A DNA stretch of 64,000 nucleotides from Octopus sinensis (taxonomy: Eukaryota). The position numbers and the translations under genes are program-made. Positions within the stretch are counted from its first letter, which is position 1. Each line of letters starts with the position of its first letter. The stretch is from NCBI RefSeq assembly GCF_006345805.1, contig NC_042998.1, positions 164,920,001-164,984,000 on the forward strand. The letters are read 5' to 3'. Positions 39,831-52,379 of this stretch are shown piece by piece. Below the pieces are notes generated by a model. That model searched no databases. It had not been told where the DNA came from and saw nothing but the letters and a program-made list of their open reading frames with translations.

Positions 39831-40964
39831 GTTCTTGCAGGAATGTTTAATTAGACATCTATCTTCGTTTATTATCGGTCGTTTTATATCCATTAGAACT
39901 TACTCAGAATAAAACTCTTCACTAGAAACTGTCAATCGCTGCATGTCATATGTGCCACATGGCTGTCAAAACATATACGTATGGTGGTTTGCGCTTAATT
40001 TTTCAACGATTATCTAAGCTCTACAGGTTTAACTGATCAGTCAATAGTTCGTGTGATACAACCATAAGCTCCAAAATGAACCAAATACGAATCTTCTACA
40101 CATTTGGGTTAGACCGCTAGAAATAAAAGCCAAGCCTTACTTAAAACTTGTTAATTTCATCTTGATCTTAAAAATGAAACATAATGCAACATAATTTATT
40201 TCTGGATATAAAATGCAAGAAATCAAGCTGCAACTCCGATTGCATGATAATGCTCAGTCATAAAAGAAAATTCGTAGGGATGTGTCGGTGGTGGTGGGTG
40301 TCATGATTATTATGGTGAAGTTCCTAGTGGAATCTGTGAGGAGGAGGTTGTTCAGCTTTAAATCAGTTTTGATGAAGCAGACGAGTAGTGTTACAACATA
40401 AACCATCCAGTGAGATGGCTAAAATTACCTTTTTTTCCAGATAAAACAAGACCGTTGTTTCAGCTCATTCTGATCTCTTCAGTAGACTATTATCTCTAAG
40501 AACGTTTGAAATAGGTGGAGAGTCACTAAATGTCGCTCTTAAAGTTACTTTTTATTCCCTATGTCAGCCAGATCTGTCAAAGATGTTATGGTTGCGACAA
40601 ACTCAGCTATTTCGCTGATACACTACACGCAGAACACTTTATCCAGTATATCCTATTTCCAAGATAGTAAATTATAGTTTGAAGGAGATACGTCAGATAT
40701 TTCCAGCAAGTACAGTTACTCCAAAATCAGTACTTTGACTGGCATTGAAAAATATAATTTCATTAAGCCGCAAACATATACAATTACAGTATAAATATTT
40801 TATATCGTTCAGTGTACCAGCCATCTATTGTTTCAATACACCGCTCATTTCTACTTAATTGATTGAAGACGCTTGATATTGCGATCTAGTACTATTTCAT
40901 TGGCATTTGTAATGTATATACAGTTTATATATAATAATCGTGCGATTATTATATATAAACTTTA

Positions 40965-41150
40965 ATTTACAGTTCTATATTTAAGAGAGGAAGAATTATA
41001 TGCATTATTTACATTTGACGGATATTTGTCTTCATCTTGTTAAACACAACGTTTCGGCTGATATATCCTCCAGCCTTCATCAGGTGTCTCGGAGAAATTT
41101 CGAACCTGGGTTCTCATTCCTAAGGTATTTTTCGATGTTGTTGTTGTTGG
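40965..41150 (-). mobile_element. PLE-like terminal segment carrying a hammerhead ribozyme
   Basis: Contains the hammerhead motif at 41042-41090; no coding part attached. Confidence 0.6.
41042..41090 (-). ncRNA. Minimal type I hammerhead ribozyme
   Basis: GAGACAC-CUGAUGA-A-GGCUG(GAGGAUAUAU)CAGCC-GAAAC-GUU-GUGUUU: intact core, 6-bp stem I, 5-bp stem II, palindromic AACGUU in place of stem III. Confidence 0.8.
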
Positions 41151-41732
41151 GGCCTATTGACTTGCAAGCTAATACTTTGTTGAAAGAGAAGCACAGAGAA
41201 GGAAAACTCATTGAATTTTATTGTTGCTTGCCTGCTGATAAGTTTTCAAAATTTGCCTCAGGTACGGCATCAGCTTTTGGAACAACTTATGTTTGTAAGC
41301 AAACTTTTTCAAAAGTGAAGTGTGTGAAGTCAATACATCGAACAAGGCTCCCTGATGAACATTTGAAAGCAATTCTTATGGTTGGCTGCAGCAATCATAA
41401 AGCAAATGATGATATTTTGGAAGCAAAACGCCAGTTTCATAAATCTCATTAATGTTTGTGCTGTTTACTTTTTATGCAATTCGGCTATGTGCACACTTTT
41501 TCTAAAAATTCTAACTTGGTAATATTTTCGTATTATTAAAATATGTTTATTGTTTTTATTATTTTGTGTATTTTATGTTTTGATAAATAAATAGGATAGC
41601 TGTCATTATTTTTTGTGTACATTCAGTGTATTCTATATTGTACTGAATTGAACAAAATATTTTATCCGGTCCGCGCTTGGCATTCTATTAGCTATGTCTG
41701 GCCCACTATAAAAAAAGTTTGGTGACTCCTGA
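41150..41732 (+). mobile_element. hAT (Charlie/Buster-like) transposon 3' end with transposase C-terminus
   Basis: LIEFYCCLPADKFSKFASGTASAFGTTYVCKQTFSKVKCVKSIHRTRLPDEHLKAIL...RQFHKSH* (stop about 41452); right TIR reverse complement CAGGAGTCACCAAACTTTTT at 41713-41732. Confidence 0.85.
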
Positions 41733-43053
41733 AATAGCTTGCTTTCTGTAACGGGAAATAAAGACCGGATCTGAAATTGCTTTAAATTTATCAGATTTGT
41801 CATATGGTACTGTTAACCATATTTTAATAGGCTAGCTTTTTGACAGTGCCATTTTCTCTCAAGCACAAATAATATTGACTGAATCAAAAATGATTCTACA
41901 AATCGATAAATGATTTAAAATTCGATTGTTATTTATCTGTAATATACTTCTATAATAACAAATAATCTACCAAACATTCAAAGCGAATCATTTCAAAATT
42001 ACTATCAAAGTCGGTTGCCACGGTTTGTCTGCATGAACAGTCCACTATTACCTGCAGAAGAGTGGTCAGGAACATAGACAACTGTAAAAAAGCATTAAGA
42101 AGATAGATACGGCAAACGAAACCAGCTCAAGGTTGTTGTAGTTGATAAAGAACAGCAAAGGCAACTAATTCTTCCTCGCTGCACCAGTCAGGCGAAGCGT
42201 ACAGGCTAAAGGACGAAACGATTGTGACCCTGAACTACATGTTGACGATACGAAAGAGATTCCAACATTGAAATGGATTCAGAAGAAGAGTATGCAGTAC
42301 CTCTGAGTAGCTCCTGCAGTTTCTGCATGGGGGTAAAGCATCTCCGAAGTTTATTTCACCTGAATACAATCGCATCTTCTACAAGATATCCGACAGTCGT
42401 GTATCAATTGAATCCATTCAGAAGTAATTGATGAAGCATTTAGAAAAGAAACAATCTAAAACGTTGCATTTTATTGTTACAATGTCAAGAACTACAACTT
42501 GACTTTTAAGTTTGCAAATCATAATAAATGAAAACAATGGTTAAGTTATTTTATTGTATTAAATATTTTATGAAAATTAAACATTGCCTTAATTATATTC
42601 TATTAGAAGAGAAGAAAATGTCATTAACTTTTAATGAATGAATTTCAGTCGTACAAATCAGAACAGATGTTATTTCTTTAAAAACCATATCGATATTTTT
42701 AGATTTTATTTTTTGCCGTTTTACAATTGGCAGAATCTAATTGTGAGTGTAATGACAACCATAATGCAAAATTTTAAAATGATGTCGAAAAGTCATTGAA
42801 TGATGACATATATTTGTATATGTGGCATATATATAAATATTAAGAGACAAGGCACACTTAACACACACGCGCACATACCACACGCATAAAAATACATCAC
42901 ACACACATACATAAAAACACGCATAAAAATATTAAAATATTTCATTTACATATGCATCTCAACCAACGGAGTAATCAATATAAGTTTACCAACACATAAA
43001 CAAACATACCGATATCCTCAGGCAGGTGGATACATGGTTCAATAGTATTACGA

Positions 43054-43417
43054 AGGGCGATGAGCTGGCCAAACCGTTAGCACGCCGGGCGAAATACTTA
43101 GCAGTATTTCGTCTGCCGCTACGTTCTGAGTTCAAATTCCGCCGAGGTCGACTTTGCCTTTCATCCTTTCGGGGTCGATAAAATAAGTACTAGTTACGCA
43201 CTGGGGTCGATGTAATCGAATTAATCCGTTTGTCTGTCCTTGTTTGTCCCTTCTGTGTTTGTCCATTGTGGATAGTAAAGAAATAGATATAATCGACTTA
43301 ATCCGTTTGTCTGTCCTCTCTGTGTTTGGCCCCTTGTGGGTAGTAAAGAAATATATATAATCGACTTAATCCGTTTGTCTGTCCTTGTTTGTCCTCTCTG
43401 TTGGTAGTAAAGAAATA
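43054..43417 (+). mobile_element. SINE-A with triplicated T1 tail
   Basis: Full head and body, then three copies of aatcgacttaatccgtttgtctgtcc...gtaaagaaata. Confidence 0.95.
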
Positions 43418-43618
43418 GGTATTTCGTCCTTGTGAGTTTTGATTTATTGGTAATTATTATTGGAGTGCCTCTGTATAGAAAGTGCAAGTTTCTATTGACT
43501 GACTTTGTTTTATTTCCTGTTATAATTATTGTTCCTGTTATAATTATTTGTGAGATAGTCTTCGTTCGAAATCGATCGTGTGTTTTCCCCTGTGGGGGAA
43601 AAATTAATTGCTGGCAAG

Positions 43619-44660
43619 ATGCCGAAAAGTGTAACTTCGTCTGGCGAAGAGTCGTCAACCGACAGGGAGGCAAAAAAGATTGAAAGTTTAGTATTTGGCG
43701 ATATTTCGGATTCTCCTGAAAGTGAATTTCCCCAACCATCAATGTGTACCATAGCAAAGAGGAATATTAACGTGAAAAGCCTTCAAATAAGAAAATAAAC
43801 AAAAAAGAAGTTTTGCGTCGGCAGCTGGAGGTTGAACTCGCCAGCTGTCGACAAACAAAAATGACCTGATAAAGTACAAAGATATGATAACACTTGAAGA
43901 CGGTGTTGTGAAAGTTCAACCCCCGGAAGAACTATTAATGTTAGAAAAAAGAAAAACAATCATTTTAAAATCTTACTGTCTAAAAGTTTTTAAAAATTGA
44001 TCGAGTGAATGAAGAGAAAGTTGAGAAGTGCTTGAAACCCATCGGGCAGGATATCACATACCTAGCCAGAGGGAAGAAGTTTGGTACTATCGATGTATGA
44101 CTAAAAGATATAGAAACTGCACAAATGCACTCAGTTAAATCTTTAGAAACGGAGGACGTTGTTTTAATTCCAATATATATGGGAATGAGGACGTCAAAGA
44201 TACGTATACCAAGGGTCCCAACTCAAGTCGACCCTAAGTGGTTGATGGCAGCAGTCCTGGCAAAAAAAGCTACCGTCACAGAAAAGGTTTATTGGACCGG
44301 TCAAACGGTTCACCTCCTAATACAAGCAGAACATTCAATTTTAGAACAGTTACCGGAGAAAATAGAAATTGGGGAGGAATTCCTTAACGTATTTGTCGAG
44401 GGGCGTAAGCCCCGATGTTTCCAGTGTGACCAGCTGGGCCATATAAAAAACACTAGAGATGGCGAGGAAGAATCCAATGGTGAGGAGGAGGGGAGGAGGA
44501 GAGAGAGAAACAGAAGAAAAGAAAGCAACTAACTACAAGAGAAAAATGGAAAGCTCAAATCAACAAAAACAGGTTGAACTAAGACAAAAAAAAAAAAAAA
44601 AACTGCGAAAAGAGACAAACCAAAAATAGTAAGGAAGCAGAAGATGGAAGGATAGTCGCA
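43619..44660 (+). pseudogene. LINE ORF1 (gag-like, CX2CX4H knuckle), disrupted
   Basis: MPKSVTSSGEES...; ...LNVFVEGRKPRCFQCDQLGHIKN followed by a basic/acidic tail; stops and frameshifts. Confidence 0.8.
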
Positions 44661-47600
44661 AAAATGAAGATTTAATGAGAGAAATAAAATTGAAAAAATC
44701 AGCCACTGGGATTGCAGAACTTTGGATGTGATTGTTGCAACGGAAACCCGAGTGAAGGGGCCAAGAGATCTGCTCCCTCGCCTGAACGGCTATGAGAAAT
44801 ATATTTCTCCGAGTCGGGCGGGAGGTGGGGATGAGGTGTTGGTCCTACTAAAAAGAAACTGGGTAGCCGAGAAAAGGTTGTTTTTTTCTGATCCAGAAGG
44901 CAGGTTTGTCGTTCTCGACCTGACTTACAGTTGTGGCAAGATAATCAGGCTGTTTGCAATTTATGCACCCAACGTTATAGGCCCGCAAAGTGAACATTTT
45001 CGTGACCTGGGCAAGTTCCTGGCCACGTCGCATTCGCTAGTACTGATAGGAGATTTAACACAATCTGTGACGCATATACAGATTGTGTTGGCTCGAACAG
45101 GAATAGAAAATGTAACCCTGGCTCACGGGATCTGCTAAGTCACTTTCAGCTGGCAGATCCATATAGGTTGGAACACCCGAACACTCCACAGTGGACGTGG
45201 TCAAATAGTGACGGGTCTTCCAGAATATATCTAGATAGGGTTTTAATTACAAAAACAGATAAGTCCATAGCTAAGTGTCCACAGTTTTATCTAGTCAGCT
45301 ACACTGATCACAAGATGGTTACCTCTAAGCTGACAGTAGATAAGTTGCATAGACATGGATCTGGCAACTGCAAACTCGATACGTTCCATTTGATGATTGA
45401 GGGGTACAGAAACTGGATCGAGATGTTAATACAGAGGGCACTGACAGGCACCATCATTAATAACAAATGGTGATACACCATAACAAGAGCCATAAACTAT
45501 GAGTCTATTAGGTTTAGCATAAGTTTAGCTAAGAAGAGACCTAGAATAAGAGATGGTCTAGTTAAGGAACTAGAAGAAGCCTGGAGAACTGGTAATGCGG
45601 ACCAAGTGAAGGTGAAGAGATTAGAGTTGAACCATCATCTTGAAGCTCAACACATGGGAAGCATTGCCAGAGTTAAGTTACGTGCGATGGTAAGTGAAGG
45701 AATCACGGCCGCTGGATGGGCACGAGTAATGGAAGCTCGATAATAGTTCCACTATTCGATCTTTGACGAATCAAAATGGCGTCTTGGTAAACGAACCCGA
45801 GGAAATGTGTGAGGCCTTTCGGGAGTACTTCACCCAGCTGTTCAGGGGTGATGGAGGTCCTGATGGTGGGGGAGTCCTCGAGGACTTTCTTGCTGCGCTG
45901 CCGTGCCTCTCGGGGTCGGATGCGAAGTCTTGCGAAAAGCCGGTCACGTCTGTGGAGGTGATGGAAGCTATGGCTGATTGTAAAGCGAGTAAGTCGCCGG
46001 ACTTGATTGTTTTCCGTGCGAGCTGTATAAATGTATGCCAGACTTGTTCGGGCACCTACTGGCTGACGTGTATGCGAACTGGCAACAGAATGGGTTTATC
46101 CCCAGATCTGTGCTCCGGGGTGTAGTGACGTTGGTCAGAAAGGACCCGGACAAGGGGAACGTTTTAGATAACTTCAAGCCCATCACTGTTAAACGCAAAT
46201 GTGAAGATTTGGGCCAATGTCTTAGCAAAAAGGTTGGCGCGCGTCACGAATGGTATAGTCGGGGAGGTACAGACATGTGTCATCCCATGCAGAACCATTC
46301 AGGATAATCTCCACCTTATACGCTATACCATATAGAGGGTTGGTGATAAATCTGGCAAAGGTGGGGCATTGCTACCTTTGGAACAGTCTAAAGATTTTGA
46401 TAGGAATGACCATCAATACCTGGCGACTGTGCTTGCGCGGTGCGGCTTAGGCCTTTGCTTCCTCAGGTGAGTTATCGCTTTGTATCACAAAGTTGACTCG
46501 GTAGTTCCAGTGAACGGTTTCCTTTCGAAGCCGTTCTGCATCAGGCGCTCGGTTCGTCAAGGATGTCCGCTCTCACCACTTTTGTATGTGGTGGCTCTTG
46601 AGCCCCTACTGCGAAGGTTGAGTGGAATCCCGTGAGAACCAGGTTTAGAGGAGTTTATTACAGTTTACGCGGACGATATCACTATCAGCGTAACCAGAGT
46701 AGCACGCCTACGTGAAGTGGGTAAGGCTATTGAGGTTTACGAGACGGTGGAAGGAGCAAAGATTAACCGGGAAAAGTCGGTCGGCTTGCAGCTCGACACC
46801 TGAGTTGGCAAGTCGATGCCTTCAGACACCGTTGTTAAGCGCTAGACAGAGGGACCGGTTAACTTGCTGTGAGTCTGGTTTGGATCAGGTCTCCAGATAG
46901 AGAAGAACTGGACGGATGTTTCCAATAGGGTGGCTGCAGTAGTCAAGACGTGGTTTTGGCGGTGGCTATCCCTGGAAGGGAGGGCGGAGATGGCCAATGT
47001 GTTTATCTCATCGGTCATTACCTACCGCCTGACCGTCGTGCTCTGTCTAGATTCTTGGTTGATCAGGTTGGTGAGACAGCTCTTTCGCTTTTTGTGGAAG
47101 GGCAGGTCGCCATTTGTGAAACGCTCAATATATTGTCAAAAGCCGTTAAAGGGAGGTTTAGGGATGCCTTGGTTAATGATGCTCAGGCATGCGTTGAGGT
47201 TGAGGTATCTCTGGATTCTCCTGGACGGTGAACGGGTGTGATCTCCGCTGGCCAGAAAAATGTTCCCCGAGTTCAAAAGCTTTTGCGAACAGGAAGCCTG
47301 GTGTAGACCGAGGTCGAGTGAATAGTATAAAGAGTGCCGTAAGGCCCTCCTGCTATTCCGGCGCTCGGGCAATGCCAGCGGTGGGGGCGTTACACGAATT
47401 TTATATAGTGGGTTGGTTGAGTCTGAATGTGGCCTGGGGGCGACTCTAGGTCTCGGGTATATTCAACTGGACAACCTGTTCCATCGTACAATCAGATTGA
47501 GAACGTTGGACAACTTCCAAAAGCCCTTGACCTGGCAATGATACAGAGGTGCCTTGCCCGTTTGGGATAAGCTCGCAAGACATGGTAAGCGTCAGTCTCC

Positions 47601-48012
47601 GACCTGTCCAAGATGCGAGGGAGACAGGGAAACCGTTCCTCACGCTATTGTCCAATGTCCGGAGATATCTGAAATGTGGGTTTATGCTGAACACCTGTTG
47701 TCCGGCGAAGGAAGAGTACGGCTGTTGACTGAGTCAATTATAAAAATTGACCCACCGGAAGTTTTAACAAACGATGGTAAGAATTGTTTTCTCACGGTTG
47801 TAACAATAGCGAAAGAGGCAGTATGGAAGACTAGGGTAAAAGGGATTAAGACAGACAATTTTATCTCCGGCCACGATTTACAATCATTTTTTACTTTTCA
47901 TTTGAAAAGGTGTGGCTGGAGAAGAGGTGTCTGTGGAGAGAATGTTCAAAAAGAGATGGAAGCATGTTGCCCGAGTGTTGTGCGTGCAAGGAACCGTGTG
48001 AATAGGCTATAA
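44660..48012 (+). pseudogene. LINE ORF2 (AP endonuclease, reverse transcriptase, C-terminal Zn finger), disrupted
   Basis: DVIVATET, DPEGRFV, IYAPN, WTWSN..SRIYLDRV, TDHK; RQGCPLSPLLYVVALEPLL at 46555-46611; YADD at 46666; GGLGMP; CPRCEGDRETVPHAIVQCP. Confidence 0.93.
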
Positions 48013-48243
48013 AAGAAGAACAAAAAAAGGTACCAGCGATAGATCGGGGCTTGTGGGGTCGGAGCGTGGCTTAATCATCGCTACATTTGTGTTGTCTATG
48101 TATTGTTAAATTCATTCGATACTTTTTATATTTTATATAATTTTATATTTCATATTTTATGTAAAAATTATAACGTATTACTGATCCCAATCAGTTGTTT
48201 TGTCCATTTATGTGTTTGGCCCCCTGTGGGCAATAAAGAAATT

Positions 48244-48423
48244 GGTATTTCGTCTGCTGTTACGTTCTGAGTTCAAATTCCGCCGAGGTCGACTTTGCTT
48301 TTCATCCTTTCAGGGTCGATTAAATTAGTACTAGTTAGGCACTGAGGTCGATGTAATCGACTTAATCCCTTTGTCTCTCATTGTTTGTCCCCTCTATGTT
48401 TAGCCCCTTGTGGGTAATAAATA
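48244..48423 (+). mobile_element. SINE-A 3' half (starts at the target site), T1 tail
   Basis: ggtatttcgtctgctgttacgttctgagttcaaattccgccgagg...tttagccccttgtgggtaataaata. Confidence 0.93.
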
Positions 48424-48892
48424 ACTGAATGTATATATTACGAAATAAGCGTGTATATGTGTGTCATAGTTACGCATACATGTTACACCTATATATAGTT
48501 ATAAGTATATATAGTGTAAATGTTCATGTAACGACTCATAGCTTCCTTTTAAATGGTTTGTTTTTCTCTATTGTGGAAATATATTTACTTATAGTTTGGT
48601 TCAAATATATAATAGTACAGCTAAATAGGGTATAAGGATAAAATCACCTCCACACAGAGACTCGGATTTATATATATATATAAAACACGCAAAAGATACA
48701 TCCACATATATACATATGTGTACACAAATATTCATATCTGTATGCAGGCACATGCTGTGGCACACTGATATGTATAAATATATCTTCCTGCAAACTTAGA
48801 CACACACACACACACACATACTCGCACATTCACTCAGACATGCACGCACGGGCGTACGTAAACACACACAACTACACACACACACACTTGTA

Positions 48893-49137
48893 TTTTCCAG
48901 TTTCTATGGTGTATGTGTTCTCCCCAGCTGGACGGGACGCCAGTCCATCGCAGCGTTACTCAAGAAATAGGAAGAAAGAGTGAGAGAAAGTTGGGGCGAA
49001 AGAGTACAACAGGGGTCGCCACCACACCCTGCCGGAGCCTCGGGGAGGTTTTCGCTCAATAAACACACACAACGCCCGGTCTGGGGCGAGCCTCCGACCG
49101 TGAGTCCGTTGCCCTAACCACTAGACCATTGCGCCTC

Positions 49138-49140
<3 letters not shown>
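48893..49140 (-). mobile_element. SINE-C2 with tail X
   Basis: Matches 28851-29168. Confidence 0.92.
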
Positions 49141-49201
<61 letters not shown>

Positions 49202-49574
49202 CATAGCTATTAAGTAATGAATCGATTTGTTTGGCTAAACCCTTGAGTGGTGCCCCAGCACAACCGCAGTCCAATAACCGACACAAGTAAAAGATAAAAG
49301 TCTACTGTCCTGAGACACACAAGGACGAAAAGCAAAGTTATCATCAAAGAAACTTAGAGTGTAGACGGTCAGAACAAAGACCGCGAAGTATTTAATGTTA
49401 CGCCCTAACCAAACCACTTAAGAATTTCACCGATTTATAAAGAAAGAACAGCTAAATTTCTCTCAAATTGTATACGCTCGTCTCAAAAATGAGTGTAATT
49501 GCCACGTTTGGTACACTTTTAACTATATGCTCGTTCGATAAGTGGTGCCCTTTGCTTCCATTAAATTAGAATTG

Positions 49575-49902
49575 TTTTATTCTTTTATATTTTGCATGTC
49601 TCACTCTTTTGACTATGGCTATGACGGAGCACTGACTTTCAGGTTTTAATGAAAGCCTCATACTTATTCGATTGGTCCCTTTTTACAGAGTCGCTAAGTT
49701 ACGAGAGCTTAAACAACACCGGTTGTCAAGTGGTGGTGGGAAATAAATACGACGGGCTTCCTTCAGTTTCCATCAACCAAATTCACTCACAAGGCCGAGG
49801 CTGTAGTAGAAGAAACTTATTTAAGGTACCGCGCAGTAGGACTGAACCCAAGATAACATGGTTGAGTAGCAAGCTTCTTACCACACAGCCACATCTGCGC
49901 CT
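49575..49902 (-). mobile_element. SINE-B, diverged
   Basis: cttcagtttcc...aaattcactcacaagg...aagcttcttaccacacagccac. Confidence 0.82.
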
Positions 49903-50709
49903 TGATAATTATTTCTCCCCCCACCACTTAACAGTGTTCAGAAACGCATCGAAGTTATGTCATATGCATCCGTTTCCAAGTGTCAGTTCTTAATAAACAC
50001 CAATTCGTAATTACACACTCAAGTGATAATGGACTGACAAACGTTGTAAACAGATGCATTTACAATAACAACATAATTACAGCGTTAAACATAAACACAT
50101 GTCTGTACATTTACTTTAAGTCATTAATGCGAGAGACGAAAACTGTTCAGCTGTATAACTGTTATCAAAAACAAAACTAGGTATCTGCTTGGTGGTAGAG
50201 AGCAAAACTCATCTATAACGTTTTACACATGACAGTTATGTAAGAGATTTTCTCGAGAGGCAGGATGGAAAGGTTAGAATCTATGTTAAAGATGTGTACT
50301 CGTGCGCAGACACAGCTTAGTGATTAAGAAGTTTATTTTGTAATTGCATGGTTCCGGGTACGTTTCCACCGCACGGCAAATGCCTTCTACCTTAATTCCG
50401 GTTGTAACTTCTGAATTTGATTGATAGAAATTATACAACGGTGAATGTTCAGCCCTATGTTATAGGCATTCCCTTGTTACTCTCGTAAATGAAGTGAACT
50501 TGTGAGTGATCCGTTGTAAATCAGTAATCAATAACGCTAAAATTTACGTATTTCTATATAAAATAATTAAACATATGTTTAAATAAATACATATTAAATA
50601 TATTAGGTATACAAACGCATTTGCGATAAACTTGCTTTATCTTAAATAACTCGGCTAGTTTCACCGTATGGGGAAATCTTCCTGTTACATAAACAAAATA
50701 CCAATATTA

Positions 50710-50920
50710 TGGTGGTAGCTGGCTGAAACGTTAGCACGCCGGATAAAATGCTTAGCGGCATTTCGTCCGTCATTATGTTCTAAGTTCAAATTCCCCCGAA
50801 GTCAACAGTCTTTCGTCCTTTCAGGGTCGATAAAATAAGTACCAGCTGAGTATTGGGGTAGATATAATCGACTTATCCCCTCCACTAAAATTGCTGGCCT
50901 TGTGCCAATATTTGAAACCT
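50710..50920 (+). mobile_element. SINE-A, tail type T3
   Basis: ggtggtagctggctgaaacgttagcacgccgg...gggtcgataaaataagtaccag...attgctggccttgtgccaatatttgaaacc. Confidence 0.9.
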
Positions 50921-52379
50921 ATTTTATGCTGTCGTGTTAATGTCTCTAACACAGACACATGACCAAAGATAGTATCATGGTGATGTTTACCCTATTTAAT
51001 GAACCACTGATATTTCGTTGGTACCCCATTTTTCTATCCTGGGAGGATGAAAGGTGAAATTCATAGATATTTGATGCAGAGCGTAACTCAGTATTACAAT
51101 TCATTGAAACCACAGCTCCAGTTTTCACCCACATAATCTAATTATCTTAATTCAGCTAGCTATCGTCATGTATAACACGCTGATACAAAACGCACACACG
51201 CATTATTTATTTCGAGGTGAGAAAATTGGAAATATAAGAGAAAAAAGAAAGTAGCTAAAATGGCACATCTTATTGTTCTAATTCCTTGGTAAAAGAACCG
51301 ATGTTGCTGTATAGTCTTAATTGACTGAAAACTGGAATCTGTAGAGCCTAGGTGGTACACAATGTATAGGATTTATATATTCTTCACTGATGCTACACGT
51401 GACTGTGGTACAAAGCTACACAAGAAGTAACACCTGTTGAGACACCTAATGCAAAGATCATGCACTCCTGGCGACCTTGCTATGTACAACTAAATAGTAG
51501 AGAAATGCGTTCAGTTGTAGTTGAAAATTCTTGCTAAAAGTGAAATAGATGTGGTATAAAAAAAATCCGGTCTCGATTCCGATGAAATAGACCTATGATA
51601 AACGATGCTCAAATGCTGACAAAACAATATTTAAAGGTTTAAGGATTTTACAGAAACACAGGATTTCGTAGAAATGTTTATTAGTTTCTTCAGTAATTTT
51701 GCAATGATTAACATTTGTGACTATCTATGATAATTGTTAGAAATTATTACTTCTGTTTTTCTTTTTATTTCATTCTTTCTATTTTATACACCTACGACTT
51801 TTTATAACAGAAAGAACAAACAGATTTAGTCTATCAAAGAGAGAAACTATTCAGTCTCATGCATCTTAACTGGAGTCAGCTGATGTGCAAGGATGCAATA
51901 GTTCTGCGTGAATCGGTATTTTCGGACCAGCGACATTCTATAGTAATTTTCTGAAAACAGTAAATTCACTTGATTGTGTTTATTCTAAGTATTACTAAAA
52001 GTTTGGCAATCGCAGTATGGCTAAATGGCTGAGAATTTCACGTTAGGCTTCGATCCCATTGCATTGTGTTTTAGATATGTCATTTCCTATAATCACGGCT
52101 CGACTATATCTTGTGAATTAGATTGACTACACGGAGACAAAATGATTCCGGCAAGAGAATTGTACTTTGTAATACGATTACTTGAACATGTTTTGTTGTA
52201 CTGAGTCAGCCTAATTTTACTAAAAAATATGTTACGAACACAGATGTCTGTGGAATGCTACGCCACTTGTAGTTAATGCAGGAGCAGGTAATTCAGTTGA
52301 TCAAACAATTGAATCTTCATCTACGAACGCTGGAGATTTACCAACATCACAATCTAGATGAAATTATGTATTGCGTATA

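Larger units (their letters stand above)
43429..48243 (+). mobile_element. Near full-length decayed L1/Tx1-type LINE, 11-bp TSD, no poly(A)
   Basis: ORF1 with zinc knuckle plus ORF2 APE-RT-Zn finger; TSD ggtatttcgtc at 43418-43428 and 48244-48254. Confidence 0.93.

Noticed and set aside
42300-42480. Possible second hAT-like C-terminus (VIDEAFRK...)
   Set aside because: Too degenerate to support.
43817-43852. 12-bp hairpin gtcggcagctgg/ccagctgtcgac inside LINE ORF1
   Set aside because: Single short stem within coding remnant; no ribozyme core.
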